Positions 10,364-22,149 of a stretch of DNA of 64,000 nt are shown in pieces. The position numbers and the translations under genes were made by a program. The first letter of the stretch is position 1. Each line of letters begins with the position of its first letter. Source of the DNA: Paramoeba atlantica. Its lineage: Eukaryota > Protista > Discosea. The DNA lies in NCBI GenBank assembly GCA_977017575.1, contig CDRNVI010000072.1:21933-85932 (forward strand). The letters are read 5' to 3'. The notes beneath the pieces were generated by a model. It was given only the letters and a program-made list of their open reading frames with translations. It searched no databases and had not been told where the DNA came from.

Positions 10364-11467
10364 ATGGCACATTTTTCAAACCTCCCTATTCCCGAAAAAT
10401 CGTTTCCTGCGCAAGAGGCAAAACCTTTGCCTCCTTGTTTCACCTTTTCTTTTTGTTCTTCAACAACAACAGCAACGACTAAAAAACAATCTTTTAAAAC
10501 GCAACCCACAAAACATATTCAGTGGTCACACAAACTGATTGGGAGCTCGACTGAAAAATTGCTGCCATCGCCGATTCACAAATCGCGCCTCTGGTGGGCA
10601 CAAAAACAAAAAATTTGCTCTCGTCCTCAATCTGCAATTATTCCTTTAGCGGGTACAAAAGGCATCGTTCTTCGCTGTCCTGTTGGGGGAAGTGTCACGC
10701 TTTCCTTTGCCGCGCTCTCCCGTGATTTTTGTGACGAATGGATAAACGAAAGTCAACCGAATGTGAGGGGAGCGAAATCTCGGCGAACGCAAGTCGTAGA
10801 ACTCGAACGAAGTCCCGTTTTAGCAAAAACACAAAAAACCAAAGGCTTCCCGGTTTCACCATTTTTTTCACCGGAAAAGACAAGTCCCCAACAGGACACA
10901 CACAGAAATACAAAATATAGGACTGGACGCAAAGTGCGACTTATGATTTCACCTCTTTCTTCATTTTCGTCCAACGCATCACTTGAAGCGTACAACACAG
11001 CATCCTTTTCAAAACACGGCCATCGAGAAGAAACACAATCGAATTTTTCGTCTTCTTCGGACAGCTTTTCACCGGATGGGCGGGATTCTTTTTTTCGCCC
11101 ACCTTCTTCTTTTTTTTCTTTTTCTTCTTCTTCTTCATGTTCTTCAGTACCTCGTTCTTTTACTCTCGCTACCTTAACGGCACAACGCCCAAGCCAAGGC
11201 TTGTCTTTTTGCCTACCCCCAGGGTCGTATTCGGTGTATGGCATAAAATACGACGAGAGGAATCCGAGTCCAAACTCTGATTCTTCTTCTCGAGCTTTCG
11301 GTTCTCTAGAACGTTTCAAAAATAAAGAAAACTCGAAAATGGATTTTCGGGATTTCATAAAAACTAAAAGGAGAAGAAAACAACAAAAGGAAGAAAGCAG
11401 AGATTTCTCTTTTTCTGGTGTTTATCTTCAATGGAAACAGAAAGGTATTCGGGTGTATAATGCGTGA
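10364..11467 (+). CDS. Hypothetical Ser/Lys-rich protein
   Basis: 367-aa ORF co-oriented with its neighbours, with composition similar to the disordered N-terminus of the PIP kinase. No domain recognised. Confidence 0.55.
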   Translation: MAHFSNLPIPEKSFPAQEAKPLPPCFTFSFCSSTTTATTKKQSFKTQPTKHIQWSHKLIGSSTEKLLPSPIHKSRLWWAQKQKICSRPQSAIIPLAGTKGIVLRCPVGGSVTLSFAALSRDFCDEWINESQPNVRGAKSRRTQVVELERSPVLAKTQKTKGFPVSPFFSPEKTSPQQDTHRNTKYRTGRKVRLMISPLSSFSSNASLEAYNTASFSKHGHREETQSNFSSSSDSFSPDGRDSFFRPPSSFFSFSSSSSCSSVPRSFTLATLTAQRPSQGLSFCLPPGSYSVYGIKYDERNPSPNSDSSSRAFGSLERFKNKENSKMDFRDFIKTKRRRKQQKEESRDFSFSGVYLQWKQKGIRVYNA

Positions 11468-11890
11468 GCGTTGAGTGTTTACTCTTTATAAACGCAAGTA
11501 AACTAATGAATGATATGAACTTACTTTTCGCATGCATCTATCTACGGAGTCAGAGTATACAGCATATTATATTTGTGAGTGGCATTTGATTGCACGTTAC
11601 TCCGATGACAGTCCTGTAGATATGCAACGTCCTGTAGCATGACAATAGTATGGCTCATTGGCTGGTAGATTTGGTGTTAGATTCTTCTATAGAGGATGTG
11701 CGGTGATCCTTTTATGCATTTATGTATGTGCTTATGTGCTTCTTATTTATTCCCTATAGTAAATTTCTTGCGCTTTATTTTGTTGCCATTGCTCGCGCTT
11801 AAACTTATGGTTCGAATCACTATAATCACTGTCTGAATTACTTCACAATTTTTTACGAGCACTGTAAGTAGTTCTTAGACGTGGTTATGC

Positions 11891-12769
11891 ATGTATGTTA
11901 TTCTAAAACTATCTACGATGTTTGCACCTCAAATGCAGTTAGCAGATACGCAGCAGTCGCAGAATACACGACAGAGACATGATGGAACTTCTTTGTTGTC
12001 TGTAGCACGGGGAAACCTATCAGAAGCCACAACACCCGTTGTTTGTCTCGGTAAGGTTCGAGGATCGAGTTTACCACAGGAATATGAACTTGCACGATTG
12101 ATTGCAGATGTTAGAAATTCACATTCCTCCTGGAATGTTTCAATAGCTGCGTGCAAATGGCAAGGTGTGACGTGTGATGAAGAATTACGCGTCACACAAA
12201 TTTACTGGACAAAGAGACTTTGGAATGAATATTTGACTTACGTAAAAGTAAATTTAAAGCCTCTTGCAGGACCCCTTCACTGGCATTATTTGCCCCGTAC
12301 ACTGCTTCGTTTTTCTGTTGCGTCTAATAAGCTCATAGGAACAGTTCCGCTTGATTCGTTGCCTCCGGACCTTTTGTTCTTTTACGCATCCGACAATACG
12401 TTTACTGGTGAATTAAACTTGACAAGCTTGCCGTTAACGTTGAAGGGACTGAGTCTTAAAGCTAACATGTTTGAAGGATGTGTGGACTTTACTCAGCTAC
12501 CACCGAACCTAACATTCTTGACCGTTTCTGGCAACGAACTTTCCGGAATCGTTGACTTATCTTCTTTGCCGGACACGATGTTCGAACTTGATTTGTCCAA
12601 CAATCAATTCGAGGGTCCAATAGTATTGGGAGAAATCCCTTCAAGATTAGAGATGCTAAAACTTGAGAATAATGCAAAACTTTGCGGTGAGATTGATGTG
12701 GGCTCTTTTGATGAGAAAGACATAGTCATAGAATACAGCCAGACCAATATCAGAGCTAAAATGATTTGA
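11891..12769 (+). CDS. Leucine-rich repeat protein (LRR family member 3)
   Basis: LGKVRGSSLPQEYELARL, SWNVSIAACKWQGVTC, about 6 LRRs. Confidence 0.9.
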   Translation: MYVILKLSTMFAPQMQLADTQQSQNTRQRHDGTSLLSVARGNLSEATTPVVCLGKVRGSSLPQEYELARLIADVRNSHSSWNVSIAACKWQGVTCDEELRVTQIYWTKRLWNEYLTYVKVNLKPLAGPLHWHYLPRTLLRFSVASNKLIGTVPLDSLPPDLLFFYASDNTFTGELNLTSLPLTLKGLSLKANMFEGCVDFTQLPPNLTFLTVSGNELSGIVDLSSLPDTMFELDLSNNQFEGPIVLGEIPSRLEMLKLENNAKLCGEIDVGSFDEKDIVIEYSQTNIRAKMI

Positions 12770-12914
12770 CTTACTTGGCGAACCGTATAAATCGCACAGA
12801 ATGCCGACATATGGTAAATTTCCCCTAAATTGGTGAAAAAGAGATGTTCAATTCAATTAAAGTCGTCATAAGCTTTACAAAATCTATTCACACGGCGCTC
12901 GGGAATGAAAAAAC

Positions 12915-13091
12915 AGACAGGGTAAAGTGGACGATGGAGATACCAGTAGTGTAGGTGCGGCTGTTTCGCACAGGATAAACGGCATCTCCACCTTTTTAGG
13001 TGCCTGTCTTCATGCTATAAGGGAGATTTTTTCTGTGGGAAACTTCCGCACCTACACTATTGGTATCTCCCTCGTCCACTTTACCCTGGGT
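12915..13091. mobile_element. Foldback MITE, family GAGGGAGATAC, copy D
   Basis: cagggtaaagtggacgatggagataccagtagtgtaggtgcgg / ccgcacctacactattggtatctccctcgtccactttaccctgggt|ta. Confidence 0.8.
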
Positions 13092-13653
13092 TACAAAGTA
13101 AAAACACATTCCCTAGGACTCCTTACATCTTCCCACGCGAGGAAGTCGTCGTCGCACGGCGAAAAGACAGAGGGCTCCGCTTTCTTCTTTTTGCCTTGCG
13201 CCTCCTCCTTCCTCCAAGGTCTTGCGTACCACAAACTTCCAGTTGAAAAAAGCAATTGGGGTTTTCAAATCACTTCCGAAGAAGGTAGTCTCAAGCCGTC
13301 CAAAAGGTACGTTTATCTTTCTTAAAACTATCAGTTTATGGTGTTGTCCTTGATTCTTTGCGAAAAAACTATTTCCGGAAACTTTTTCGTCGGGTCAAAC
13401 TTATTAATATACGATAGCGAGGGAGTAGTATCTCCCTCAATAAGCAATTTATGGTTCATGCAATATTTCTTGACTCTCCCCGTCATCGGCTCTGCGTCGT
13501 TTTCCCAATCGCACGCCCTTCTTATTGATTTCGTATATCACCGGTATCGCTTTATTCATTTATCTTTCCCTAAGCACTGTACTTGTTCGCTTCCTCCTCT
13601 TCTCTTTCTGTGGTTTTTCTTTATGAATATATGTACCTTTTCTCCTTTGCCTC

Positions 13654-13925
13654 ATGATTCTACAATCTACATCCTGTGCTGACACGTCTGCCTCAAGACG
13701 TGGTAAAATAGCAAACGTTGCATTCCCCCCTGAGCTGCAAGTACTGCGGTTCCTCTCAGGTGTGACCAATCCACACAGTGCTTGGGTCCCGTCTGTCCCC
13801 CTCGAACTGTGGGGGGGCGTTGTGGTTGACGGCGACAGAAAACTTTACGGATTCGAATTTATAGACTCGCTCGACCTAGAAGGCACATTGAATTGGCAAC
13901 ATTTTCCAGACAAGCTTGAAAGTTG
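13654..13925 (+). pseudogene. LRR family member 4, 5' half (disrupted)
   Basis: ADTSASRRGKIANVAFPPELQVLRFL..NPHSAW..LEGTLNWQHFPDKLES, after which the sequence is unrelated. The cap Cys residues are degenerate. Confidence 0.75.
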
Positions 13926-13929
13926 TAAC

Positions 13930-14490
13930 TACTCGCTTACCATGTAAGCGAGTCCCCCCATACAGCTCTCTCTCATTTCGACCTACCTGGCATGCGACGC
14001 CCTCCAACGTGGCTAGCCGATAATGACGGTATGCTACGTCCGGATGGGTGGGTAAAGCTAAGGGACGGGAAAGAGTTCATTATTGAACTAATTTGCCCAT
14101 GGGAGGAGAATATGCAGGTCGCGCACGAGCGGAAAATTCTGAAATACCACCACCTGTGGCATACGCGAAAAGAAAATCATCCCGAAACATACCTATTCGC
14201 CCTAGAGATTGGGGCTCGCGGAAGTCTCCAAGACTCGACGAGTAAATTAGACATGCTCTTCTGCGAGGAAATAAAGCTTGCGAAAGAGTGTCGCTAACAC
14301 TTGGTGACGAGAGCATTTAGGGGGAGTTTCACTATATACCAAAATCGGGACCGCGCAAACTGGAACCCCATGGATGTTTGTATTTCGGATGAGTAAACGG
14401 GAATAGCCAAACACGTCGTATGCGTGTACGGGATCATATATTGTGTGATCCCAGGCTATTTGACTTAATCTCTACAGTATAACTGTATGA
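13930..14490 (+). mobile_element. 5'-truncated non-LTR retrotransposon; restriction-like endonuclease (RLE) C-terminus
   Basis: LRPDGWV..IIELICPWEENMQVAHERKILKYHHL..LEIGARG. Past a TAA the frame continues RAFRGSFTIYQNRDRANW. This is the PD..E..K..KY pattern of RLE-clade elements. Boundaries are approximate. Confidence 0.8.
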
Positions 14491-14494
14491 ATCC

Positions 14495-15060
14495 TTCTTC
14501 TTTTCTACACAAGTCTGACGGGTGCCGTGCAGTGTGGTTCTCTCCCTTCTTGCTTAGTCACACTTGAATTAGCAAACAACAACTTTTCTGGGCCTCTGCC
14601 TTCGGGCTCTAATCCCCTTCCAGAACGTTTTCATACCTTTGATCTTTATTCAAATCGCTTTTCAGGTCCAGTTGATCTGGAAGCTCTGCCGCAAGAGATC
14701 AAGTTATTCTCTTTTTCCATGAATCGTATAATTGGGGAGCTTGACTTGACCCTACTGCCTCCTGTTCTTGAAACTCTTTATGCTTACGAAAACAATTTGG
14801 AAGGTGTCGCCGACCTTACATGTCTTCCGAAAACAATCGAGGATTTAGTTTTACGCGGCAATTCTTTTTCTGGAACCATCGATTTAACATGCTTGCCGGC
14901 AGGTATGGAAGAATTAGATCTCAGCCATAATGAATTTTCCGGCGTTGTTCGCTGGGCAGACCTTCCCCCCGCTCTTTACTATATTTATTTAGATGGAAAC
15001 AAGATTACTGCTGCCGATCCTAACCCTCATCCAGATGCCATAAGAATTTCTCTATGGTAG
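14495..15060 (+). pseudogene. LRR family member 4, 3' half
   Basis: ..SLTGAVQCGSLPSCLVTLELANNNFSG.. with about 7 LRRs and no N-cap. Complements 13654-13925. Confidence 0.8.
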
Positions 15061-15289
15061 CGGTTGTTTTAGTGGGGCGAAGTTCCCATAAAGCATCCAT
15101 ACCCTAAATCATTGGCATGTACCGTTCCTTTTTTGTGCAACATTTAAGTTTTCACGAGATATGAAATCACGTCTTTAAACTCGTATCATTCTGTTGTAAC
15201 GGGCAGATGTAAATCTAACTTGCATCACCACATAAACTCAATCGAATTCGTTTTTCTTTCGTGCCTTCGTTCTTTCTTTCACCAAACAC

Positions 15290-17656
15290 ATGTCATATAC
15301 GAATTGGCAGCGCTCCCTGCGCGAACCTATCTTCCTTCAAAACACAATAAAGAAAAACGTTTACCCCTCCAGCGACACGACGCTTCCCCCCATCGCACCC
15401 TATCCTCTATCCTTCAAAAACAAAAGTCGTGCTCCCTCTTCCTCAAAACAAAATCTTTGTCTACATGTCACAACCCGTGACATTCCTTCACACGCTACGA
15501 ATCGCTCATCCGTTTCTTCCTCTCCTTCCCCACGGTCGTGTGTAAAACGTAAATCGTTCTCTCCACAACACAACCCCTCTCGAAATCGAAATTTTAGAAA
15601 GTTCGAGAGCATTCAAAAGTTGGCATCCCCCGAGACGTGCGACCATGAGGTCTTGTCCCCTTCTTCTTCTTCCTCTTCTTTTCGGTCGAATACAAAGTTA
15701 AATGCGCGAACCTCTAAAGTCTCTTTAAAGACTTTAGAGACTTCACTTTCTTTTGTCTCTTTTTTACGTTACGGTCTAAAAGAGTATTCAAAAGGGCTGA
15801 AAATGGGAAAAACTTTTTTGAGGAATAAAGAGACGTCTGGAGTGCACGCTTCTTGGAGCGGTTCCCATTCTTCGCAGCCTTCTTCTTCTTCTTGTGAAAG
15901 GGGAAAAGGGATTTCAATGCATGAAAAGGATCATGTTTTGGTTTTTTCCTATCAAGAGGTCCAAGAGGATTGTAGGATTAATAACCCTAAAGGGAGTGAA
16001 ACAATTTCGTATACTCAAGAAGGGGAGAGCAAGAAGGAAAAGAGGGATTTTCAAGAATGGAAGAGCAAGAATGAAAGTGTGGATTTTCTAGAACGCAAGT
16101 TCGAAAATGAAAATAGACCTTTTCAAGAAAAAGAACATTTTAACATCCAAAACGCGGAATCTCATGCTGCAGACAAGAACCCTCAACCCCCAAATCTCTC
16201 CAAAACCATCGCTTTATGTTCTCCACAATCCCACAACGCTACGGTTGTAAAAGACGAGGCTAATAGGCCAATTACCGGCTCTCCCTGCACGTCTTTTCAT
16301 TCTGTAAAGAAGGCATCGAATGTCGTAAAAAATTCAAATCACAACTCTTCTCTCCTTTCCTTCACCTCTCACGCTCCTTATCTTTTTCAAAAAATCCATC
16401 GCCTTTTTGGTTGGGACTTGGAGGAAATTTGCACTCAACTTTTTCACCCGATTTGGGAAAACACAAAAACACCGGGAAAATCAAAAGCTCGGATTTATTA
16501 CGCTGGAGCGCACTGGGTAGTAAAAACGGTGACTGAAAACGAGCAGAGCTTTCTGTGTCGCTTGTTACCACATTATGTACGTTATGTCGAGGCTCATCCG
16601 AATACAAGGCTTCCGATATTCGTTGGGCATTTTTCGGTGAGTTATGATGCAAGTCTTACGAAACATGAAAACGCAAAGTCATTTTTTGGAAGCTTATTCG
16701 ATAAGAAACTGTGTTGTAATTCATCTTGTAGAACAACACGAACCGCGCATGTTGTGGTCATGCGAACGGTTTTTGAATCCAGTCTTCCGCTCTTCTGTGT
16801 GTATGATTTAAAAGGAAGTACAACCGGTCGAAGCTATGGGGTACGGAAAGACAAAGATGTGGGGATAAAAAAAGAGAGCCACAAAAACTCTCTTTTTGTA
16901 ACGGAGAATACGAGAATCGGATTATCTCCTTCTCATGCCTCTCTTTCTCTTTCTTCCGCTACAGATCTGAACGAAAAAGAATTTTTTAGTAAACCTCGAG
17001 ATGCATCAACTCTTGCAGCCCTTCTTTCTGTGCAATCTTTTAAAAAACCTTTCTTTCTAGACGCCCAACTTGCGTCTTCTTCTTTGCCCTCTCCTCCCAT
17101 GTTTTACGATTCCGATCTTCTACCCACCATGAAAGTCCATTTAGCTCTCGAAGACAGTGAGCTTGTGATCTCGCAAATCCAAAAGGACTGCAATTTTCTG
17201 CAATCGTTTTCGGTCATGGATTACAGTCTTCTGTTGGGCGTCAGTCGAATTTTCGATACTCATTCACATTCTTCTTCACAGAAAACAGAGACTGGACCTA
17301 AAGAGTTATCGAAAGGAGAAAATTCTGTTTTGGATAGCACAAAGCGCAGGGCTTCAACCTCCTTTCGAAATTTACGCAATGGCATGAGGGAAATCGATGT
17401 GAATTCTGCTTTGTCTCATGCCATGATCAATGGAATTTGCTCCCCTCCACTTCGCTCCAGTGAGGGACATCTCTATTATGAGATCTACTTTTTTCGAATG
17501 ATTGATGTTTTACAACAATATACCCTTCGAAAAAAGTTGGAGCATTTCTTTAGAGGAATGTGCTATGGGTTTCATTCCATCAGTGCAGTTCCGCCGGCCG
17601 CGTACGCGAAACGTTTTCAGAAATTAATGAAGCGTACTTTTGCGTGCCAAACGTGA
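15290..17656 (+). CDS. Phosphatidylinositol-phosphate kinase (PIP5K family) with a long disordered N-terminus
   Basis: PGKSK..WVVKT, VVMRTVF, YDLKGS, MDYSLLLG, MIDVLQQYTLRKKLEH, ISAVPPAAYAKRF. Intronless. Confidence 0.92.
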   Translation: MSYTNWQRSLREPIFLQNTIKKNVYPSSDTTLPPIAPYPLSFKNKSRAPSSSKQNLCLHVTTRDIPSHATNRSSVSSSPSPRSCVKRKSFSPQHNPSRNRNFRKFESIQKLASPETCDHEVLSPSSSSSSFRSNTKLNARTSKVSLKTLETSLSFVSFLRYGLKEYSKGLKMGKTFLRNKETSGVHASWSGSHSSQPSSSSCERGKGISMHEKDHVLVFSYQEVQEDCRINNPKGSETISYTQEGESKKEKRDFQEWKSKNESVDFLERKFENENRPFQEKEHFNIQNAESHAADKNPQPPNLSKTIALCSPQSHNATVVKDEANRPITGSPCTSFHSVKKASNVVKNSNHNSSLLSFTSHAPYLFQKIHRLFGWDLEEICTQLFHPIWENTKTPGKSKARIYYAGAHWVVKTVTENEQSFLCRLLPHYVRYVEAHPNTRLPIFVGHFSVSYDASLTKHENAKSFFGSLFDKKLCCNSSCRTTRTAHVVVMRTVFESSLPLFCVYDLKGSTTGRSYGVRKDKDVGIKKESHKNSLFVTENTRIGLSPSHASLSLSSATDLNEKEFFSKPRDASTLAALLSVQSFKKPFFLDAQLASSSLPSPPMFYDSDLLPTMKVHLALEDSELVISQIQKDCNFLQSFSVMDYSLLLGVSRIFDTHSHSSSQKTETGPKELSKGENSVLDSTKRRASTSFRNLRNGMREIDVNSALSHAMINGICSPPLRSSEGHLYYEIYFFRMIDVLQQYTLRKKLEHFFRGMCYGFHSISAVPPAAYAKRFQKLMKRTFACQT

Positions 17657-17687
17657 ATTTCACAGATAAACTGTTTATCTAATCCAG

Positions 17688-17990
17688 ATGTATGTTCTCC
17701 AGACTGGAAAACACAACCTCACGCGTTTACCCTCCACCATGGAACATTTGAGTGTCTCGAACAATCGTTTTACGGGCCCTCTTGACTTACAACATTTGTC
17801 TCCATCTCTCAAGTCTCTCCAGTGTGCTTTTAATGATTTCAGCGGCCGAGTAATGTTTGATTCTCTTCCTGTAGGCTTGCACCATCTGACTTTGGGACAT
17901 AATTCTAATCTTCGTGGTGATGGTTCAAAGATCCCGGTCCTCCCTATGGGTGTGGATGTGTCCAGTACAAAGATATCCATGAAACATTAA
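17688..17990 (+). pseudogene. LRR family member 5, C-terminal fragment only
   Basis: Three LRRs plus the family C-terminal NxxLxG..VSSTKI motif. No N-cap. Starts 32 bp after the PIP kinase stop. Confidence 0.7.
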
Positions 17991-18195
17991 CAGGTACTTA
18001 AGCGCTGAATCCAAAAAGCATACAAAAGATAACGTTACATTTGACAAGTGCTCTTTTAATCTCTTAAAGAACTTTTTTTCCACTTGTCTTTGTAAACATT
18101 TTTCTCATCTTTTACCGTAATATCCGTACATTGTAATATTTATACTTTTTTTAGCGTTTCACTTCTATTCTCTTACTGATTTCAATTCTGCCTTC

Positions 18196-19056
18196 ATGAT
18201 CTTTCCATCATGCCGGCGTTATGATGCTGTCGAGGATTCACATCCTCCTAGGCAACACAATCACATCGGTAAGATACGGGGCTCCACCTTACCACAGGAA
18301 TATGACCTCTCCCGTCTACTCCAAAATTTTGAAATTCTCCATCCCTCATGGAATACGCTAACACCTGCCTGTGAGTGGCAAGGCATCACTTGTGGAAGTG
18401 ACTTTCCACACTTGTGTGTAAGTAACTCACAAGTAACACAGATTTATTGGAATGAGATGAGTCTTCGAGGGTCTCTTCAATGGGATTATCTTCCCCTCTC
18501 TGTGCATTCTTTTCACATTGGAAATAACTGGATAACCGGTTCGGTCCCTTTTCACACACTGCCTTCTCATTTTACCTGTCTTCAGCTTTTAAACAATCAA
18601 TTTACGGGTCCTGTCGACTTTGTCCGTCTTCCACAATCGCTACGAAATCTTTGTTTAAATTCTAATTTGTTTTACGGCGAAGCGGATTTGACACACTTGC
18701 CACCCGGTTTGGTCTCTCTGCAGTTCTCTTCGAATAAATTTTCTGGTACTCTTGATCTTTGCAGTTTGCCACATGGTCTCGCTCTTCTTGAGCTACGCGA
18801 CAATGCGCTTTCCGGTCCTCTTGACCTTAGACAGTTGCCCTCCTCTCTTGTAACGTTGAATTGTGAGGCCAATCGTTTCTGTGGTTTGGTGCAGTTTGAT
18901 AAACTGCCTAAACAATTGCTCTCCGTATATCTCAGTGAAAACACTGAACTTTGTGGTAAAGTGGACACTTATCCAAGTTCTGGTTTCCCGTTCGTGTCCG
19001 TCAAAAACACAAACATACGCGAGACATTCAGAAACGCGACTTTTGAATTTTTCTGA
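18196..19056 (+). CDS. Leucine-rich repeat protein (LRR family member 6)
   Basis: IGKIRGSTLPQEYDLSRL, SWNTLTPACEWQGITC, about 7 LRRs. Confidence 0.9.
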   Translation: MIFPSCRRYDAVEDSHPPRQHNHIGKIRGSTLPQEYDLSRLLQNFEILHPSWNTLTPACEWQGITCGSDFPHLCVSNSQVTQIYWNEMSLRGSLQWDYLPLSVHSFHIGNNWITGSVPFHTLPSHFTCLQLLNNQFTGPVDFVRLPQSLRNLCLNSNLFYGEADLTHLPPGLVSLQFSSNKFSGTLDLCSLPHGLALLELRDNALSGPLDLRQLPSSLVTLNCEANRFCGLVQFDKLPKQLLSVYLSENTELCGKVDTYPSSGFPFVSVKNTNIRETFRNATFEFF

Positions 19057-19490
19057 TTTTCTCCCTTAGTTTACTTTCCTTTCACTAATCGACTAAAAAA
19101 AGGCAGCTGTAAGTTGGTACAGTATTTCCTGTTTTGGTTGGCATGAGTTTGCATGAATTAGCACAAGGAAGGCACACTGGATGGAACCGATTAACAGCAC
19201 ACTTTCCCTAGTTAAAACTAGTCCATAATTTTCCTGTGTCCCCGTTTAGTATGTATTATGTACAGTCACAGCTACTGATTTTGAAAACGCAGTGGAGTGC
19301 AAGTGTTTTTCCGATCGCATGGATATATTTTCCTTGTCCACTCTTTTTTTTCGAGGCTACCATTTTTTATTTCACTCTATGATCACGGTTTACGCCCGTG
19401 TTGTCTTCCTGTTTTACGCTTCGGATGCCCCAAAATCAGATGATTTAATTTGTAATCATTGATTCCAAACGAAGCCGCTCTCCTGCAGGT

Positions 19491-20258
19491 ATGGACAATA
19501 CTTCACACAGTCGCCCCAGTAAAGTACGAGGAGCTCTTTTACCCTCTGAATACGAACTTACACGCTTTGTATCAAAGATAGAAAATCCGCATATTTCTTG
19601 GAGCGCATCGACTCCTGCATGCGAGTGGAAAGGAGTCACCTGTGTTGACTCTCGTATTCAAATAGTGGATTGGGGACGTAGCGGTCTTAAGGGGTCTCTT
19701 CTCTTCGAGTGGATGCCCCGTGCATCCCGTTTCTTTTATTTATTTAACAATCAGGTTGGAGATTTTGTTAAACTTGACTCTTTACCACCTCAACTGACGT
19801 GTCTGGATCTTGATATCAATACATTCAGTGGTTCGATCGATCTGATTCACATACCCTCCACCTTTCGTACTCTTTCATTGCGTAATAATGCATTTGCAGG
19901 ATCTGTGGATCTTAATCACTTGCCACCGAATCTGGAGGAATTATATCTTAACAACAACAATTTAAGTGGTAGAGTCGATCTCGATCGTTTGCCTCTGTGC
20001 ATGATCTCTCTAGATTTGTCCCATAATCGATTCACCGGTTTCCTCTCGCTGGAAAAGCTTCCTCCTTTGCTTGAGTATGCCTTCTTTGATTGCAATTGTT
20101 TTTACGGTCTTGTTCAATTTGAAACCCTTCCTGTGACTTTAGAATCTTTGAGCATCAAAAGTAACTTGGAACTTGTTGGCGAAATCAAGAGGCACTCACT
20201 TCCCGACAAATTGACAAGTATTGACATCGAAGATACCCAAATAAGTTTAATTCCCTGA
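19491..20258 (+). CDS. Leucine-rich repeat protein (LRR family member 7)
   Basis: PSKVRGALLPSEYELTRF, SWSASTPACEWKGVTC, about 7 LRRs. Confidence 0.9.
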   Translation: MDNTSHSRPSKVRGALLPSEYELTRFVSKIENPHISWSASTPACEWKGVTCVDSRIQIVDWGRSGLKGSLLFEWMPRASRFFYLFNNQVGDFVKLDSLPPQLTCLDLDINTFSGSIDLIHIPSTFRTLSLRNNAFAGSVDLNHLPPNLEELYLNNNNLSGRVDLDRLPLCMISLDLSHNRFTGFLSLEKLPPLLEYAFFDCNCFYGLVQFETLPVTLESLSIKSNLELVGEIKRHSLPDKLTSIDIEDTQISLIP

Positions 20259-22149
20259 ATAAACAAAACAAAGGTCATTATTCTTTTTTTCTCCTCTTTG
20301 CTACTTTTTTCTCGTTATTTTTACCTTACCTACAATTCGGTTTAATATTCCTGTAGCCCGATAACATTCCGGAACAGGTCGTGATGTGCCCGGATTAATT
20401 CCGAACAAGTCTTACAAACGTACAACTCCGTGTTACACGGCTACTCATCATACACCCACCTTAATGGGACGTATCTACGAACACGAACCACTATTTTTTA
20501 TCAACAATATTTTATCAAATGCCTCCCTTCCGCTTTTCAGCAATAGGGCCCTTGAAATTGAGCCCCACCCCGATGATCTTGGAAAATACGGTTGTCATGT
20601 TCGGAAACTTTCGCTCCGACTGCGCTGGATACGCATTTGCACTTAAACCCCGCGCACACAAGGCGATACAACCAGTACTCTGGGGGCCCTAGTAGGTGAG
20701 ACCTCCGGGAAACACCCTATGGCAGCGCTATCTCTCGTTCGACAGTGGGATTAGCCCACTTAGACGTAAAAAATAAATTTTATCCGCGATTGGCCAAATA
20801 CAGTGGTCGTCACTATTCTCAGAATCCGTAATTGAACATTGACAGGATTTTTTTATTCTCATTCTCAGTTTCGCGACCATTCTCATTTTCGCGTTGATTT
20901 TGCCGTTTTTGAACGTTGACAAGAAATAGAAAAAAATCGGAAAAAAAAATCTTTTTTTTTATTTCCATCTTTTTGTTCCTTGCTTATTAACGAATCCTCT
21001 AAAATATATTTTTCCACATGGTCGTAACGAACTATAGAAAGCTTGCAATCATGAAGAAGGTTCAGGTGATGCCTGATGACACTCTCCTGGAAAAAATTAC
21101 TTCTGCTCGGTCCGAGCGCAAGGTCGAAACACCTGTATCGACCTTGTTTTGATGGTTTCAAAACGAAGAGCCATCCGTATGGCGGACCCTAGGAAAAATC
21201 ACACGCGAGACCGGAGTGCTACGAATTCCTTGGAAGATGTAGTAGCCAGTTGAATGCAAAATCAACACGAGTTCACCAAGAAGTCCCGAAAGCGCTTCAT
21301 CATTAGTGCTACTGGTGATCGCTCTGGGGATAGTAGTCGTTCCAACGCTCTTGATTGTTGGATACGTCGAATACTGAAAATAATTCTCATGTAATGTACA
21401 TAGAAAACATATTTACTCAATCTATATAATGTTGCCTATTTAATAACACCCGTGCATTCCTCTCTCATTCCACAACCCTCATAACAAATTCATATCGAAA
21501 AGTTGGATCCCTATTTACTCAGCATATCCTTTCACACACCTACCTCCACACATCCTATAACTTACGACTGGGATATCAAAAGTTTCGCGTCGCACGTCCC
21601 GCCCGCGACGTCCTCGCCCGCGACCCCGTGCTGCATACGTCGAGACGGGAGGCTGGCGTATATAATTCACATTTGGCTCACGCCGTCCTCTCCCGTACTC
21701 GATACTATGGCGCAACTTGTTTCCAAGGCCGTCATTAGGATCTCGCGCATTTCGGTAGTGTACTCCCCTTATAATTGCGGTGGTTGTAAAACTACCGCTC
21801 TACCCTCGATTATTGAAAAAAAGGTGAACAAAAACAGTGAAAATAAAAAAGTAAATATAAAGAGTAACACAGTAATAAAGTAATAATAGAAGAAAAATTT
21901 ATAAAAGGGGGCCCCGGTGGTCCAAAATTGAAAACACTGGGGGGTCTAGGGGTAGCCGGGGTCTTGGCGCGTATTTTCCACCCCCCTACCCGGGGGTGAC
22001 CCCCCCCGCGTATCCGCAGGACGGGCCCGCCAAGTGCGGATTTTCTCAGAAAAAACATTTTGAAAAAAAAGTCAACTTGGCGAAAAAGATAGCAAAAAAA
22101 ATATTTTTCCAAAATCGTTTCCCCTATTGTATTTTTATAGTTTGGGACT

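Noticed and set aside
468-14297. Stop-codon reassignment suggested by in-frame stops in transposon ORFs plus the amplified tRNA
   Set aside because: The interrupting stops are of all three types (TGA, TAG, TAA) and co-occur with frameshifts. Anticodon UGA reads the Ser codon UCA, not a stop, and host genes end at normal stops.
20380-21800. Coding-like minus-strand fragments (e.g. 21515..21715)
   Set aside because: Short, stop-interrupted, and no family could be assigned from the sequence alone.
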